A DNA stretch of 64,000 bases from an uncultured Gammaproteobacteria bacterium (lineage in GTDB: Bacteria; Patescibacteriota; Microgenomatia; Levybacterales; GWA1-39-11): the NCBI GenBank assembly GCA_964448725.1, contig CAYVAJ010000004.1, forward strand, positions 17,535 through 81,534. Direction: 5' to 3'. Shown here piece after piece: positions 9,104-21,800 of the stretch. The position numbers and the translations under genes were made by a program. Position 1 is the first letter of the stretch, and each line of letters starts with the position of its first letter. The notes under the pieces were generated by a model. That model saw nothing but the letters and a program-made list of their open reading frames with translations. It was not told the origin of the DNA and did not search any database.

Positions 9104-10882
9104 TTATGAGAGTAGCCACTTTTCAAATTCTTTTACCGAATAGGTATTAAGTATGTCTTTATTTTCGCACCATCCACGGCGTGCAACTGATACGCCGTAG
9201 AACATATTATCCATATGTTCTATTGCATGGCTGTCTGTATTAATAACGAACTTAATACCATTATCTCGTGCTTGTTTGACTAACATATCAGGGAGATCGA
9301 GTCGGGTAGGCCATGAATTAATTTCCAATGCTTTATCATGTGTCTTAATAAAATCAAAGAGTGTATCCCAATCCACTTCATATCCTGCACGTTGATTGAT
9401 TAATCTGCCTGTTGGGTGGGCAAAAATTTTGGCTTTTGGATGTGAAAGGCCTTGGATGATTCTTTCTGTCATTTTTTTTCGGTCCATAGAAAATGAACTG
9501 TGTATTGATACAATTACCGCATCTACATATTCAAGGGCAGAATCATGGAGTGCAAGATTACCATCGGCAAGAATGTCTAATTCAAGCATATTAAATACTC
9601 GAACACTATATTTACTCTTAATATATTGTTCAATATGATTATTACGTCTTGACATAATAGTCTTTATTTCATCTTTAGTGTGATTTGAAATGCTAGGATT
9701 ATGTTCAGAAAATCCTATATATTCATAACCAAGCGACTCTGCTTTTTTGACATGATCTTCCATACTGTCTTTGCCCAGATCATGGCTCGGCTCTATTGGG
9801 TAATTGCTATGAATATGAAGATCACCGTTAATATTGTTTAGATCTACAAGTTTTGGTAACGTATGAGTACGTGCGCGCTCAATTTCTCCTTGATTTTCAC
9901 GAAGTTCTGGCGGTATCCAGTCAAGCCCTAAAAATTTATAAAAACTTTCTTCTGTTTTAAATTTCTTCATTTCGCCATCTTTTTTTATTAATTTTATGCC
10001 GCGTTCAGAGAGTGAATAGCCTTTTTTAAGCGCATATTCTCGAAGTGCTACATTATGAAATTTGCTTCCGGTAAAATGTTGCAGCATCGATCCAAAGCTT
10101 TCAGGAGGAAGAACAAGTAGATCGATGTGTTTACCCCCTGCTACCAAAATTGCAGCAGTTGTTGGGCCGCGTTCGATGATACGCTCAGTACCTGGATATT
10201 TCGTGAAGTACTCAAGAACAGCCTCTGAGTTATGTGATGTTACAGCAATATCAACATCTCCAATGGTTGATACCATGCGTCTGAGGCTTCCGAGTGGTTG
10301 AATCTCTATGACTTCTTTACATTTTTTCATATAGGTAAGTATTGTTTGGGAAAGAGCATATGCATAAGGGAGTACCATTCTACTTGATTTACTGACTCCT
10401 TCTTTGTATTCACTGAGTGCTCTAAGAATGTCTTTCTCACTTTTTTCACCAAAACCTGGTAGCTCTGCTATTCTTCCATCCTTTGCAAGCTTCTCTACAT
10501 CATTAAGTACGGTTTTAGGGTCTGTAAGATTGAAATTCATGACAATTTTTGCTGCTTTTTTGGGACCGAACGATGGTACATCTAGTAGAGGATATATTGA
10601 TTGCGGGATACGTGAAAGTAAGGATTCAAAATGCTCAGATTTGCCGTTTTTAAATAATTCTTCTAGATATTTTTTAATTGTTGCGCCGATCCCTTGGAAA
10701 TTATTTAACGTACCTTCACGATAGAGGTCTTGGAGTTCAATGGTTGAGTGTTCTACTGCTTCACTTGCATTTTGATAAGCAATTGCTTGAAAGCGATATT
10801 TCTTATCATTAGTGAGTGTATAGGCAACAGAAACATTTCTTAATAACTTTGCAATATCAGAGTTTGTAAATCGTTGTGCCAT
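9104..10882 (-). CDS. polX: DNA polymerase X with PHP domain
   Basis: GSLRR..TIGDVDI, HFTGSK.HN, GDLHIHS, AHPTGR, INTDSH; ATG at 10882 preferred because TATAAT lies 6 nt upstream. Confidence 0.94.
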   Translation of the reverse strand: MAQRFTNSDIAKLLRNVSVAYTLTNDKKYRFQAIAYQNASEAVEHSTIELQDLYREGTLNNFQGIGATIKKYLEELFKNGKSEHFESLLSRIPQSIYPLLDVPSFGPKKAAKIVMNFNLTDPKTVLNDVEKLAKDGRIAELPGFGEKSEKDILRALSEYKEGVSKSSRMVLPYAYALSQTILTYMKKCKEVIEIQPLGSLRRMVSTIGDVDIAVTSHNSEAVLEYFTKYPGTERIIERGPTTAAILVAGGKHIDLLVLPPESFGSMLQHFTGSKFHNVALREYALKKGYSLSERGIKLIKKDGEMKKFKTEESFYKFLGLDWIPPELRENQGEIERARTHTLPKLVDLNNINGDLHIHSNYPIEPSHDLGKDSMEDHVKKAESLGYEYIGFSEHNPSISNHTKDEIKTIMSRRNNHIEQYIKSKYSVRVFNMLELDILADGNLALHDSALEYVDAVIVSIHSSFSMDRKKMTERIIQGLSHPKAKIFAHPTGRLINQRAGYEVDWDTLFDFIKTHDKALEINSWPTRLDLPDMLVKQARDNGIKFVINTDSHAIEHMDNMFYGVSVARRGWCENKDILNTYSVKEFEKWLLS

Positions 10883-11104
10883 ATCTCGATTATACAATAA
10901 CATAGAGGTTCTACGTTGGTGTTATATTCTCATTGACTGGTACTCAAATATTTGATACTATTCCGTATAGCCTCCTAGCTTCAGTTTTACTGGAGAGGTA
11001 TGGATCTATTTACTACACCAATATAATAAATTGGTTGGTTGTAATAGGACATTTCGACCAAGTAAATGGGGTCCCCAGATTAAATAAATTTGGGGAGGTG
11101 CAGA

Positions 11105-11181
11105 GGGGGTGTAGCTCAGTTGGTTAGAGCGCTTCCCTGTCACGGAAGAGGCCGCGGGTTCGAGTCCCGTCACTCCCGCCA
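11105..11181 (+). tRNA. tRNA-Asp(GTC), CCA encoded
   Basis: Full cloverleaf: GGGGGTG/CACTCCC acceptor, CTTCC-CTGTCAC-GGAAG anticodon arm, GGTTCGAGTCC T arm. Confidence 0.97.
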
Positions 11182-11317
11182 CGTCAAACGTGGCTTGCAA
11201 TAGAGCGAGTCGCGTATGACGCGAACGCACTTCGGCGCGTTACACTTGCTCAGTGCAAGTAACAAACCGAACAGGGAGAAAGTTAAGACGAGAAGTTTAT
11301 CCCGATAAACATCGGGA

Positions 11318-11405
11318 AGTCCCGTCACTCCCGCCACGTCAAATGTGGCTTGCAAATAAAGCGAGTTATGTCTGACGCGAATGTGTTTCGATGTGTTATT
11401 TGCTT
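11318..11405 (+). repeat. Degenerate duplicate of the tRNA-Asp 3' end plus downstream flank
   Basis: AGTCCCGTCACTCCCGCCACGTCAAA(C/T)GTGGCTTGCAA at 11163 and 11318, with similarity decaying over about 50 further bp. Confidence 0.85.
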
Positions 11406-11492
11406 AATGCACATTATACATCGAATAATAGACTTAATTTATTCTGCCTCAAAACTGCCTATAACTTCTTGCCCAGAAGGGAGGTGTATACA

Positions 11493-12182
11493 ATGCCACG
11501 AACAAAAAAGAAATCTGAAACAAAGAAAAAAATTGATACAAAACAAAGAGCTGAGATGCTTACAGATAATCTTCGTGCTCGGATAGCTAATTTTTCCCTT
11601 TCACGTTCATATACGTCTCTTGTATATGGAATTATTACACTTATTGTGTTATTTGCATTAGGCTTTGCAGCAGTTCGACTTTTTACTCAAGAACAAACTC
11701 CTGAAATTTCACAACAGGGTGTTGATTCTACAATAGAGGAGAATAACAACGAATATGTAGTAAAAGAAGGAGAAACATTATGGTCAATCGCTGAGCAAGA
11801 GTATAATGATGGATTTGCATGGGGAGAAATTGCGCAAGCAAATGAACTTCCAGATCCAAACAATCTTGAAGCAGGAACACGATTAATCATTCCTGAAAGA
11901 ACTACTCCGGAACAAGCACAAGACAGTGAAGAGCAAGGAGAAGAAGTAAATGTAACTCCAACTGAAGATGTACCGACACCAACAGCTGTATCTGAACAAA
12001 TGCAAACAGCTGGTGAGCAAATTACTGGATCAGAATATACTGTTGTTGCAGGAGATACCCTGTGGGATATTTCTATTCGCGCATATGGTGACGGATACCG
12101 TTGGCCAGAGATTGCAGCATCAAATAATATTGTGAATCCTGATTTAATTTATGTTGGAACAACCTTAAACTTGCAGAGATAA
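11493..12182 (+). CDS. Membrane-anchored protein with two LysM domains
   Basis: One TM segment; YVVKEGETLWSIA and YTVVAGDTLWDIS; RBS GGAGG upstream of ATG 11493. Confidence 0.92.
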   Translation: MPRTKKKSETKKKIDTKQRAEMLTDNLRARIANFSLSRSYTSLVYGIITLIVLFALGFAAVRLFTQEQTPEISQQGVDSTIEENNNEYVVKEGETLWSIAEQEYNDGFAWGEIAQANELPDPNNLEAGTRLIIPERTTPEQAQDSEEQGEEVNVTPTEDVPTPTAVSEQMQTAGEQITGSEYTVVAGDTLWDISIRAYGDGYRWPEIAASNNIVNPDLIYVGTTLNLQR

Positions 12183-12372
12183 CTTTGATGAAATAACTCA
12201 TTATCTCTGCAGTTTATGCTTGGTATTCTCTCAGTGAAGAGGGCTGTGGAGTTGAGAACTCATGTCTCAATACGGATATGTATCTGTATGTCTCACATTG
12301 GTTTATGCTACTATAATTAATACGTAGTGTAGGCGGTTCAGTGAACCTCAGAATTCATCTGCTGTGATATAT

Positions 12373-12553
12373 GCGGGTGTAGTTGAGTGGTACAATGCTT
12401 CCTTCCCCGCCTGAAATCGCTTTTGCGATGGTAGTTCAAAGGTAGAATGTCTCCTTCCCAAGGAGAAGGTTGAGGGTTCGATTCCCTTCCATCGCTCATG
12501 CATTAGCGGGCAGGCCAAGGAAGAGTTCGTGGATTCAATTCCCATCACCCGCT
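12373..12553 (+). tRNA. Interrupted tRNA-Gly (GCC, or CCC): exon 12373-12404, about 109-nt insert, exon 12514-12553; possibly a pseudogene
   Basis: Acceptor GCGGGTG/CACCCGC plus T73; D arm GTTG/CAAT; anticodon stem CTTCC/GGAAG split by the insert; T stem has an A53.C61 mismatch. Confidence 0.8.
12425..12496 (+). tRNA. tRNA-Gly(CCC), nested in the insert of the outer tRNA-Gly; CCA not encoded
   Basis: Complete cloverleaf: GCGATGG/CCATCGC, GTTC/GAAT, TCTCC-TTCCCAA-GGAGA, GAGGG-TTCGATT-CCCTT, T73. Confidence 0.93.
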
Positions 12554-12893
12554 CATAGTCTCGACCTTTTTGTGAAACAAAAAGAGACAGACTTATTAAA
12601 TCATAATATACTGTTGGAGAAGTAAAACCAGCTAAAAGGCAGAATTCCATTTGTCCTCGGGTATAAAGAAGACTCTCTAGATACATATCAGGCATTCAAA
12701 CGTGAGAAGCATTGTAAAACTTCCTGGGGTCGTAGGCTATTAAAAAAGTTACTTAACAATCAATAAAATGAAGGTCCACTTCTAGTGGAAAGAATAGAAT
12801 AATTTTGCTACTTGATTTTTTTACAAAATGCTTACTATTATGATGTAGGAGGTGCTTTTAAAGCAAAAAAAACAGCTTTACACCTAATAAATA

Positions 12894-15800
12894 ATGCACT
12901 CCCGCAAAAAAAAGTTTAAAGACTATTGGGAATTCGCTGAACTACAAGACAAAAAAGTCCGCATTGCTATTGCCATCTCTGCTTTAGGACTTTTGCTCTT
13001 TATCGCCTTCGCACTTACTTTTCCTTTTTATGATAATCTCTTTACTCGATTATTTCCGAAATCTCCTTCTCTTGCGGACGTAACAGCTCCAACAGTTGTA
13101 CAGTCAAATACTGCTACCGTTTCTTCTGGGAGTGATGTGTCTATTTCATGGGGGAGTCCAACATCAAATGGAAATTTCCTCATTGCAGTATTAGCAGCGC
13201 AGAGCGGAGATGAAGCATTATCGATATCTCAAGCGCCACAAGGATGGACATTAGTATCGGATACTATTAATGAGGAAGTAAGACAGTGGGTATATGCCTA
13301 TGCGAATGCTCCAGAACAGAGTGGAGAAGTAAAATTCACCCTCTCTTCAGGAGTAAAATCATCACTCGTGGTTGCAGAATATAAAGATGTTGCAAAAGAA
13401 AATGCTATAGAAACTCAGAATTCTTTAGTAGGAAATAATGATTCTCCCACTGGATCTGTTGATCCAAATACTGATTATAATTTAGTAATTGCAGCAGTAA
13501 GTTCGGTTGTAACAAGCAGTGAAAGCGCCAGTTTTAATAATGCTACTAATGACTTTTCTCTTGTAGGTCAAACATCAACAACAGGAGATGCTGTTAATAT
13601 CGCAACTGCATTGTTTAGTTCGTTTGTTGCCAATCAAGAACCTGTTAATAATTCCGTAACTATTGGATCAGGTACTCAATGGATACATACAATGGTAGCT
13701 ATAAAGCCTGTTGTACCTATCCCGACCTATACTCCTATTCCCAGTAAAGAACCAGAACCAACACCAGAGACAGAACCTGAGTTTTTACTTCAAGGATTAG
13801 ATCCTGAAAACACACAACAGAGTGGTCTGAGAAGTCTTGCGCTTGAGAGTACACAAATTTCGGGTACAACCTATTATGTAGATTGTCAAAACGGAAATGA
13901 TAGTAATAATGGAAGATCAGAGGGTGCTGCATGGAAATCATTAAATAAAATTAATAATGCCACATTAAATCCAGGAGATGGAATTCTATTAAAACGAGAT
14001 TGTTCATGGACTGGAACCTTGGATGCTGCGTGGAATGGTACTGCTCAAGAACCTATTACAATCGGTGCATATGGAGAAGGTGTGCTCCCTACGATTAAAT
14101 ATGACGGATCAAAAGGCGGTGGACCAGCTGTTAAAGTATCAGGATCATATGTCGTAATTGATAGTCTGAAAGCTACACTGACCAATCCCAATAGAAGTTC
14201 TGATTGTACATTAGCAGATGGGCAAAAACAGCATTTTGGTTATTATCAAGGCTTTAATTTATCTGGTCATCATCTTACCCTGCAAAACTCAGAGGCTACA
14301 GGCAATTCGTTGGGAGTTTTCACTACAGATTCCAGTCACCATAATAAAATACTGAACAACCATATCCATCATAACGATGGTTTATGGAGAATTGGCCCAA
14401 TTCCTCCAGGATCAATGGGTGGTATGGGTATGAATTTGCATGGCGATGATCATGAAGTTGCACATAATTTCTTTGAAAAAAATGATGCAAATTGTGATCC
14501 CCCAGACCATACGCATAGAGGGTATAGTGCAGCAATTGAGCTATATAATGCTAGTCGTGCGCACGTACATCATAATAAAATGGTAGGACATCGAAAGCAC
14601 TTTGAAATGGGTAAGAATAGCGATGAAATATCTGACGATAATATCTTTGCCTATAATTTAATTGTCAGTAATTTGGCAAATGCAAAAGGTCCTAATATTC
14701 ATGGCGCAGGAAATAAATTCGGTCCTGTTAAAAGGACAACAGTAGTCAATAATACTATATATCTTGTGGGTTCAGGGAATACTCAAGCACTCAATTGTGG
14801 GTGTACAGATGGCGCAACAATACGAAATAATATATTTTGGGCAGAAGAAAAAGTCGCATTTTTTAACGGTACATACACAGAATCTAATAATATTTACTGG
14901 GATAGTGATGGAAATCCAAATGCTCAAAATTTGAGTTTGCACGCTACTTCAAAAAAGACTAATCCGCAGTTTGTGAAGGCTGCTGTCAATGATGGTGACT
15001 TTCGTTTGAAAGCAGGGAGTCCTGCAATTGATGCCGGTATTTCAGTGGGATATGATTTAGACGTTGAAGGAGTATCTGTTCCACAAGGCTCAAAAGTTGA
15101 TATCGGTGCAATTGAATATACTGGTCAGGTTGTAACAACTCCAACCCCAACTGCAAGTACTGTTACCCCTACTCCAGGCGTTCAAGAACCATTCAGTGGT
15201 TCACGGATTTCGCTTCCAGGTACCATCCAAGCAGAAGATTTTGATAATGGCGGTGCTACTGTTGCATATGTTGATAATGATACAGGCAACAATGGGAATA
15301 TATATAGACAAACAGATGTTGATATTGAGGCTACGACTGACACTGGGGGAGGGTATAATCTTGGCTGGACTCGGCCAGGTGAGTGGGTAGAATATAGCGT
15401 TAATGTCTCATACTCAGGTTCTTACACGATAGGAACACGAGTAGCATCAAATGGAGGCGGCGGAGTATTTCATATAGAAGTTGATGGTACAGATGTAACT
15501 GGTCCAATGACCGTGCCAAATACAGGAGGTAATCAAATTTGGCAGACAGTTGAAAAAACAGGTGTACAGCTTACTGCAGGACAACATATTGTTCGTCTCT
15601 CATTTGATAATAATGGCGCAACTCAAGGTGTAGGCAATTTTAATTATATGACCTTTACTTTTGATCCTGGTCCTCAAACGCCGTACACAGGTACTCCTAT
15701 TTCTCTTCCAGGCATAATACAAGCTGAAGACTTTGATAATGGGGGTGTTATGGCTGCTTATTTTGATCAAGATGCAGGCAACAAGGGTAATGTGTATAGG

Positions 15801-18800
15801 GAAACAGATGTTGATATAGAAGCAACGACTGACACTGGTGGAGGGTATAACCTTGCTTGGATGTGGCCTAATGAATGGGTAGAGTATACAGTAAATGTAA
15901 CAGAAACAAGTACATATACCGTTGGAGCACGAGTCGCCTCCAATGGAGGTGGGGGAGTGTTTCATATAGAAGTTGATGGGCAAGATGTAACCGGTTCAAT
16001 GACTGTCCCGAGCACAGGAGGAAATCAGGTTTGGCAAACAGTTGAAAAAACCGGAATTCAATTAAGTGCTGGACAGCATATTATCCGATTGTCAATGGAT
16101 AGCAGTGGAGCACAGCAAGGAATTGCCAATTTTAATTATCTAGAATTTACTCAAGACACATCTACTAGTCCAGTACCATCCACCTCACAGGAATATACAT
16201 TATCCGGATCAGTATATGTCGATGTAAATAGAAATGGGGTAAAAGATACTGATGAATTAGGCCATAACGGAGCTGAGGTTACGGTATCAGGCGGATTATC
16301 AGCTAGTACCAATGCATCCGGGCTTTATACATTAACAGTTCCTGCTGCAGTATATACTGTTACTATTACCATACCTGATGGATATGAGGGAACAACTACA
16401 AATCCATTGTCTATTTCAGTCTCTGCAAATACTTCGGCGAACTTTGGTATTGCCCCAACAGCTACTGGAGGTAGAACAAATTCTGTCTTCACAGTGAATG
16501 CAGCTAAGACAGGTACTGAATTGAATGGACAACCTTTTCAAGTTGTTGGTATTCGTGTATCAAATGCACTTATTAATGACGCTAAAACACAACAACTCAT
16601 AGATAACCTTGATGTATTCAGAACTTATGGTATTAATACCGTTAGCGTTTTCTTCCAAGGTTCACGATTTGGTGACATCAAAGGCTATAGAGAAGATACA
16701 ACACTAAATCCTACCTACGCTGCTCGGATGGCACGAATTATTGAAGAAGCTGATAAACGTAAGATGGTCGTTCTAGTGGGAGTTTTGTATTATGGCGATG
16801 CAACCTTTGCAAAATGGGATAGTTGGGGACAAACTGAGGCAAACAGTGCAGTTGCTAATACTGTTCAGTGGCTCAAAGATAATAATTATCGCAATGTATT
16901 TATCGATGTTGATAACGAACAAATGTCACCGTTTGATAGTCAAAAACTCATTGCAGCTGGAAAAGCAGTTGATGCATCCTATGTAATTGGTTCTGGTGGC
17001 AAAATAACGCCATCAAATGCTGACCTATCTTTGCACCAAGGAGGCAAAAATATAACCGGTAAACCATATATTGAATCTGAAGGAACACCGCAAGGATATT
17101 GGGGTGCATATAGCAGACAGTCAGGAGACACACAATATCGAAATATTGGCATTTATACGAGTGATTTAAAATCTGCATGGTTGTCTGAAACTTCTAGTTT
17201 ATTGAATCAAGGAAAAGGATATATGGGTGCATCAACCTGGTTACAGGCCGACCTTCCAGAGGGACCAAATCACATACCTGGTGGAAATGGGACATCAGCA
17301 GATCCTGGGATTAAATTCTGGTTAGAGCATGTAAAGAGTTTGGTTGGGCCGTATGAGCCATCAGGTATTGGAGAGGAGACTACTCCAACCCCAACTCCAA
17401 GTGCTATTACCCCTACTCCTACTCAACCACCAACTGGGGGAACAGGGGCATTTTTGGAAAACAACGGTCAGCTAGTTATTGAGGTAGAGGATTATAATGA
17501 TATTTTTCCATCTACATTTAATAACTATACACAAACACACAATTGGGAAAAGAAAACAAATATTCCAGACTATAGTGGAAGCGGATTTATGCATAATATA
17601 CCAGATGAGCGAGGAGAGGATGGAGTAGGTCCTAATTCACCTCGAGGAAAAGGTGGACCTGAAATGCGGTATCCAATCAAGATATCAACTCCTGGAACAT
17701 ACAATGTCTGGGTAAGAGGGTATACTACGGGAGGAGAGTCAAACGGAGTACATATCGGGGTTGATGGGGTAATGACAGGTACAGAAGCTGGAGCTTCAAA
17801 TATGTCAGGGTTTAGACCTAAAGAATCGTGGATTTGGGAAAGTGCAAGAAAAGAAGGATATACGCTCCCTGCAACTCTCAATCTTACTGCTGGTTATCAT
17901 ACACTTAATGTCTGGGGAAGAGATGATGGATTTAGAATGGATAAAATAGTATTACGAATAGGAAGTGGTGTCCCATCAGGGACAGGACCTGCCCAGAGTG
18001 CGCGAGAAGCCATACCAACTCCAATAATTACACCAACTCCCACACCTGTGGTTACCACAACTCCCACACCTACTCCAAGTGTTCAAGCACCATTTACGGG
18101 AACTCCTATTTCGTTACCTGGAACAATCCAGGTAGAAGACTTTGATAATGGTGGTGCAAATGTTGCGTACTTTGATACGTCAGCAGGTAATAACGGTGGA
18201 GTATATCGAGATACAGATGTTGATCTTCAAGCTACTACTGATACTGGAGGAGGATATGGTCTTGAGTTTACAAGATCTGGAGAATGGTTAGAGTACACTG
18301 TAGATGTTGCTGAGGGCGGTACTTATGATATTGGTGTACGTGTTGCCTCTAAAGTAGTTGGTGGTGCATTCCATATAGAGATTGATGGGCAAGATGTAAC
18401 TGGGCCGATGTATGTACCAAATACTGGTGATTGGCAAACATGGACAACAATCGAGAAAACAGGTATACAGCTTACTGCAGGAGAACATGTAGTCAGATTA
18501 TCATTAGATAGCAGTGGTGAGCAGGCAGCTATTGGAAATATCAACTATATTACATTCACGAAAGTTGTCACAATTCCTACCTATACACTCTCAGGTACTG
18601 TATATGTAGATGCAAATAATAATGGTATACAAGATACAGATGAGGCTGATTATGCAAATGCAATTATTGAACTTTATGAAGGACCTGAAGCGACAGATAT
18701 TCCTTACCACACAGCAGAAACCAATACAGCCGGAGCGTATACTTTCAACACATTAAATCAAGGAGTATACACAGTATCACTTCTAATTCCTGATGGATAC

Positions 18801-21800
18801 AGTGTTACTACAGCTATCCGTCAAGTAGTCTCGCTTACAGCAGATACTATAGTGAATTTTGGTATCGCATCCACACAAACACCTACTATTACTCCTACTC
18901 CTGTAAGTCCTTCAAATCTTCTAAAGAATGGAGGTCTTGAGAGTAGCACTACTGTTTGGGGGTTATATGGGGGTGCAAGTATAATGCAAGGTACTTCACA
19001 TGGTGGTAGTAAAGCTATTCGTGTAGGTAATGCAAGTGGTGGGGGTGAATCAGGTGCCGAGCAAGCTGTTGCTGCACAGCCAGGAAAGACATACTCACTT
19101 ACTGCCTGGGGTATGATGAGTAATTCAGCTCAGAGTGATAAAGGCGCTGTGGGTATTAAATTTAAGAACAGTGCAGGAGATGTTCTTGGTAATGAAACAT
19201 CCATCTTTATTCCTGAGACTGATTGGACTCAGAAACAAGTGTCTGCAATTGCACCTGCTAACACGGCAAGCGTTGTAACTTATGTATATAAAGAAGTGGG
19301 AGATAATACTTTCTTATACATTGATGACTTTACGCTTACAGAAAGCGGAGAAGTTACTACTCCAACCCCAACATTGACAAATACTCCGACACCTACTGTT
19401 GCACAAAATACACCGACTCCAACGCCAGTACAACTATCTGATTTAGTAGTTAGTGATATAACATGGAGTCCATCTAATGCTACTGTAGGACAAAATGTTA
19501 CTTTTGGTGCTACCTTAAGAAATATTGGATCAGCTGCAACTCCTGATGCAACTGCCCATGGAGTAGCGTTTTATGTGAATGGAGTAAAAGTATCTTGGTC
19601 GATAAATCATAATGCGTCTATTGCACCAGGTGACTCAGTAACAGTCACTGCTAATGGTGGTCCTGAAGGTTCACGATTCTGGACAGCGACAGCAGGTACA
19701 CATGAAATTGAGGCAGTAGTTGATGAGCCTGGCAGGATTACGGAAAGTAATGAGGAAAATAATACTGCAAGCAACCAATTTACCATTGTTGCTGCTCCTA
19801 CGGTTACTCCGACTCCGACATCTGTTCCTACTTACACAGTAGATGGAACTGTATATGTAGATACAAATAAAAATGGTGTGCAAGATACAGATGAGGCAGG
19901 GTATGCAGATGCAGTTGTTATGATATCAACTAACCCTGAAACAGCAGGTATAAGCGATGAAAATGGGCGTTTTATTCTTACTGGAATAAATCAAGGAGTA
20001 TACACAGTTACTCTTTCCGCACCTAATGGGTATACTATCACGACTTCCAATCCAATTGAAGCAGTTGTAACTGCAAATACTACAATCAATTTTGGAATCG
20101 GTCTTATTCCAACTCCAACCCCTACAGCTCCTGTTATAACGCCTACATTAACAACAACTCCTACCCCTACTGCAACAGCTACTCCGATTCCAACTGTTAC
20201 TCCTCTTCCTACGGGTACTCAGTCAGTAACATACTCGGTCCCATGGACAAGTGAAGATGTACAAGAAACAAATACATCATTTACGGTAAATGACACCACT
20301 CTTCGAATTGGTGGATGCGGACAGACAGCTTGTTATACTGGTCTTCGGTTTACGAATATTAACCTGCCTAAAGGTTCTATAATTAATTCTGCATATGTAG
20401 AGTACAATGCAGCCCAAAGTAACTCACTTGCAAATGTAGCGGTAGAGATTGCAGGACATGATTCGGATAATAGTTCGCTTTTCTCTTCATCCAATAAACC
20501 TTCACAAAGAACACTTACAGCTGCTAAAGTGACTCCTCAAACTGATACAGTAGTTGCTGCTAATCAGTGGTATCGTTTAGGTAATATCTCATCAATAGTG
20601 CAAGAAGTCATAGATAGAGACAATTGGCAAACTGGAAATAGTATTTCACTTATTATTCGTGCTACATCTCCAACAGAGCAAGATACAGGAATTCTTGCAC
20701 ATAGTTACGATGGAAATTCTGAGAGAGCACCACGCTTAGTAATTATATATAGTAGTCCGATAGGCGGAGAAGAACCAACAAATACTCCTGTCCCTATTAC
20801 AGAGCCTACTGAAGCACCTATTCCAACGTATATTCTTTCAGGTACTGTCTATGTAGATACCAATAAAAACGGCGTAAAAGATATAGAAGAATCAGGTCAA
20901 AGTAATATAACAGTATCTCTGTCAAATGGAGCATCGGTTTCAACTGATGCACAAGGTAGATATCAATTTACTGATTTAATCCAAGAACTCTATACTGTAA
21001 CTGCAACAGTACCAAATGGATATACATTGACTACTCAGTCATCAATCCCTGTATCACTTATAGCTGATACAAGTGTACACTTTGGAATGGTACAAGTACC
21101 AATAGCCACGGTAACTGCAACATCTGCACCAACCCCTACCCCTATTCCATGTTCACTTGTATCAGCCAAATGGCAAACAACCAATAATCAAATAGATGAA
21201 GGTGAGATTGTAGGACTTGAAGTTATAACCTCAGGAAACTGTGTTGGAGAAGAGCTGGAGTTTGAGGTACGAGAGGACGATGGAATTATGGGGTCTGATG
21301 CAACAAATATTATTCCAGCAACAGTACCAATAATCGGAAATAACGCACAGACTTCATGGATAGTTGAATGGCAGCAGGATTGTATGGGATTTGCACTTTG
21401 CCAAACTCCGGAATATTACTATATTGTTAGAATTGTGGGAACCACAACTGAGATACGCTCAACAAATCCAACACTTAAAGTGCAGCGTACCAACAAAGCA
21501 CGGTTTGTGACTATTCCTCATGTGGATGTGACTCAAGATACTGTGAAAATTACATGGAAGACAAGCCATGATATGTCATCACAGATTAGCTATGGATTAT
21601 CTGCAGAATCCCTTGTAAGTACAGATGAGATAAATACCAATATACGAGCAGCTGATCATGCTATTACAATTGACAACTTACTTCCTTGTACTGCGTATCG
21701 GTATCAGGTACGTTCACGGGAAATAACTGGTGATATGGTAGAGAGCCCTTTTGCTCAATTTATAACAAAAGGTTGTGAAGGAAACTCGTCAGTACTTGCA

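Noticed and set aside
10933-11586. Short ORFs around tRNA-Asp
   Set aside because: They overlap the tRNA, its duplicated end or the LysM gene, with no coding signal.
12405-12513. Group I intron in tRNA-Gly
   Set aside because: Only about 37 nt remain outside the inner tRNA, leaving no room for a catalytic core.
12348-12695. 115-aa minus-strand ORF
   Set aside because: Antisense to the nested tRNA-Gly genes; a typical tRNA shadow ORF.
15180-18570. DNA repeats in the giant gene as DGR template/variable regions
   Set aside because: They are paralogous CBM6-like domains differing at many base types, and no reverse transcriptase is in the window.
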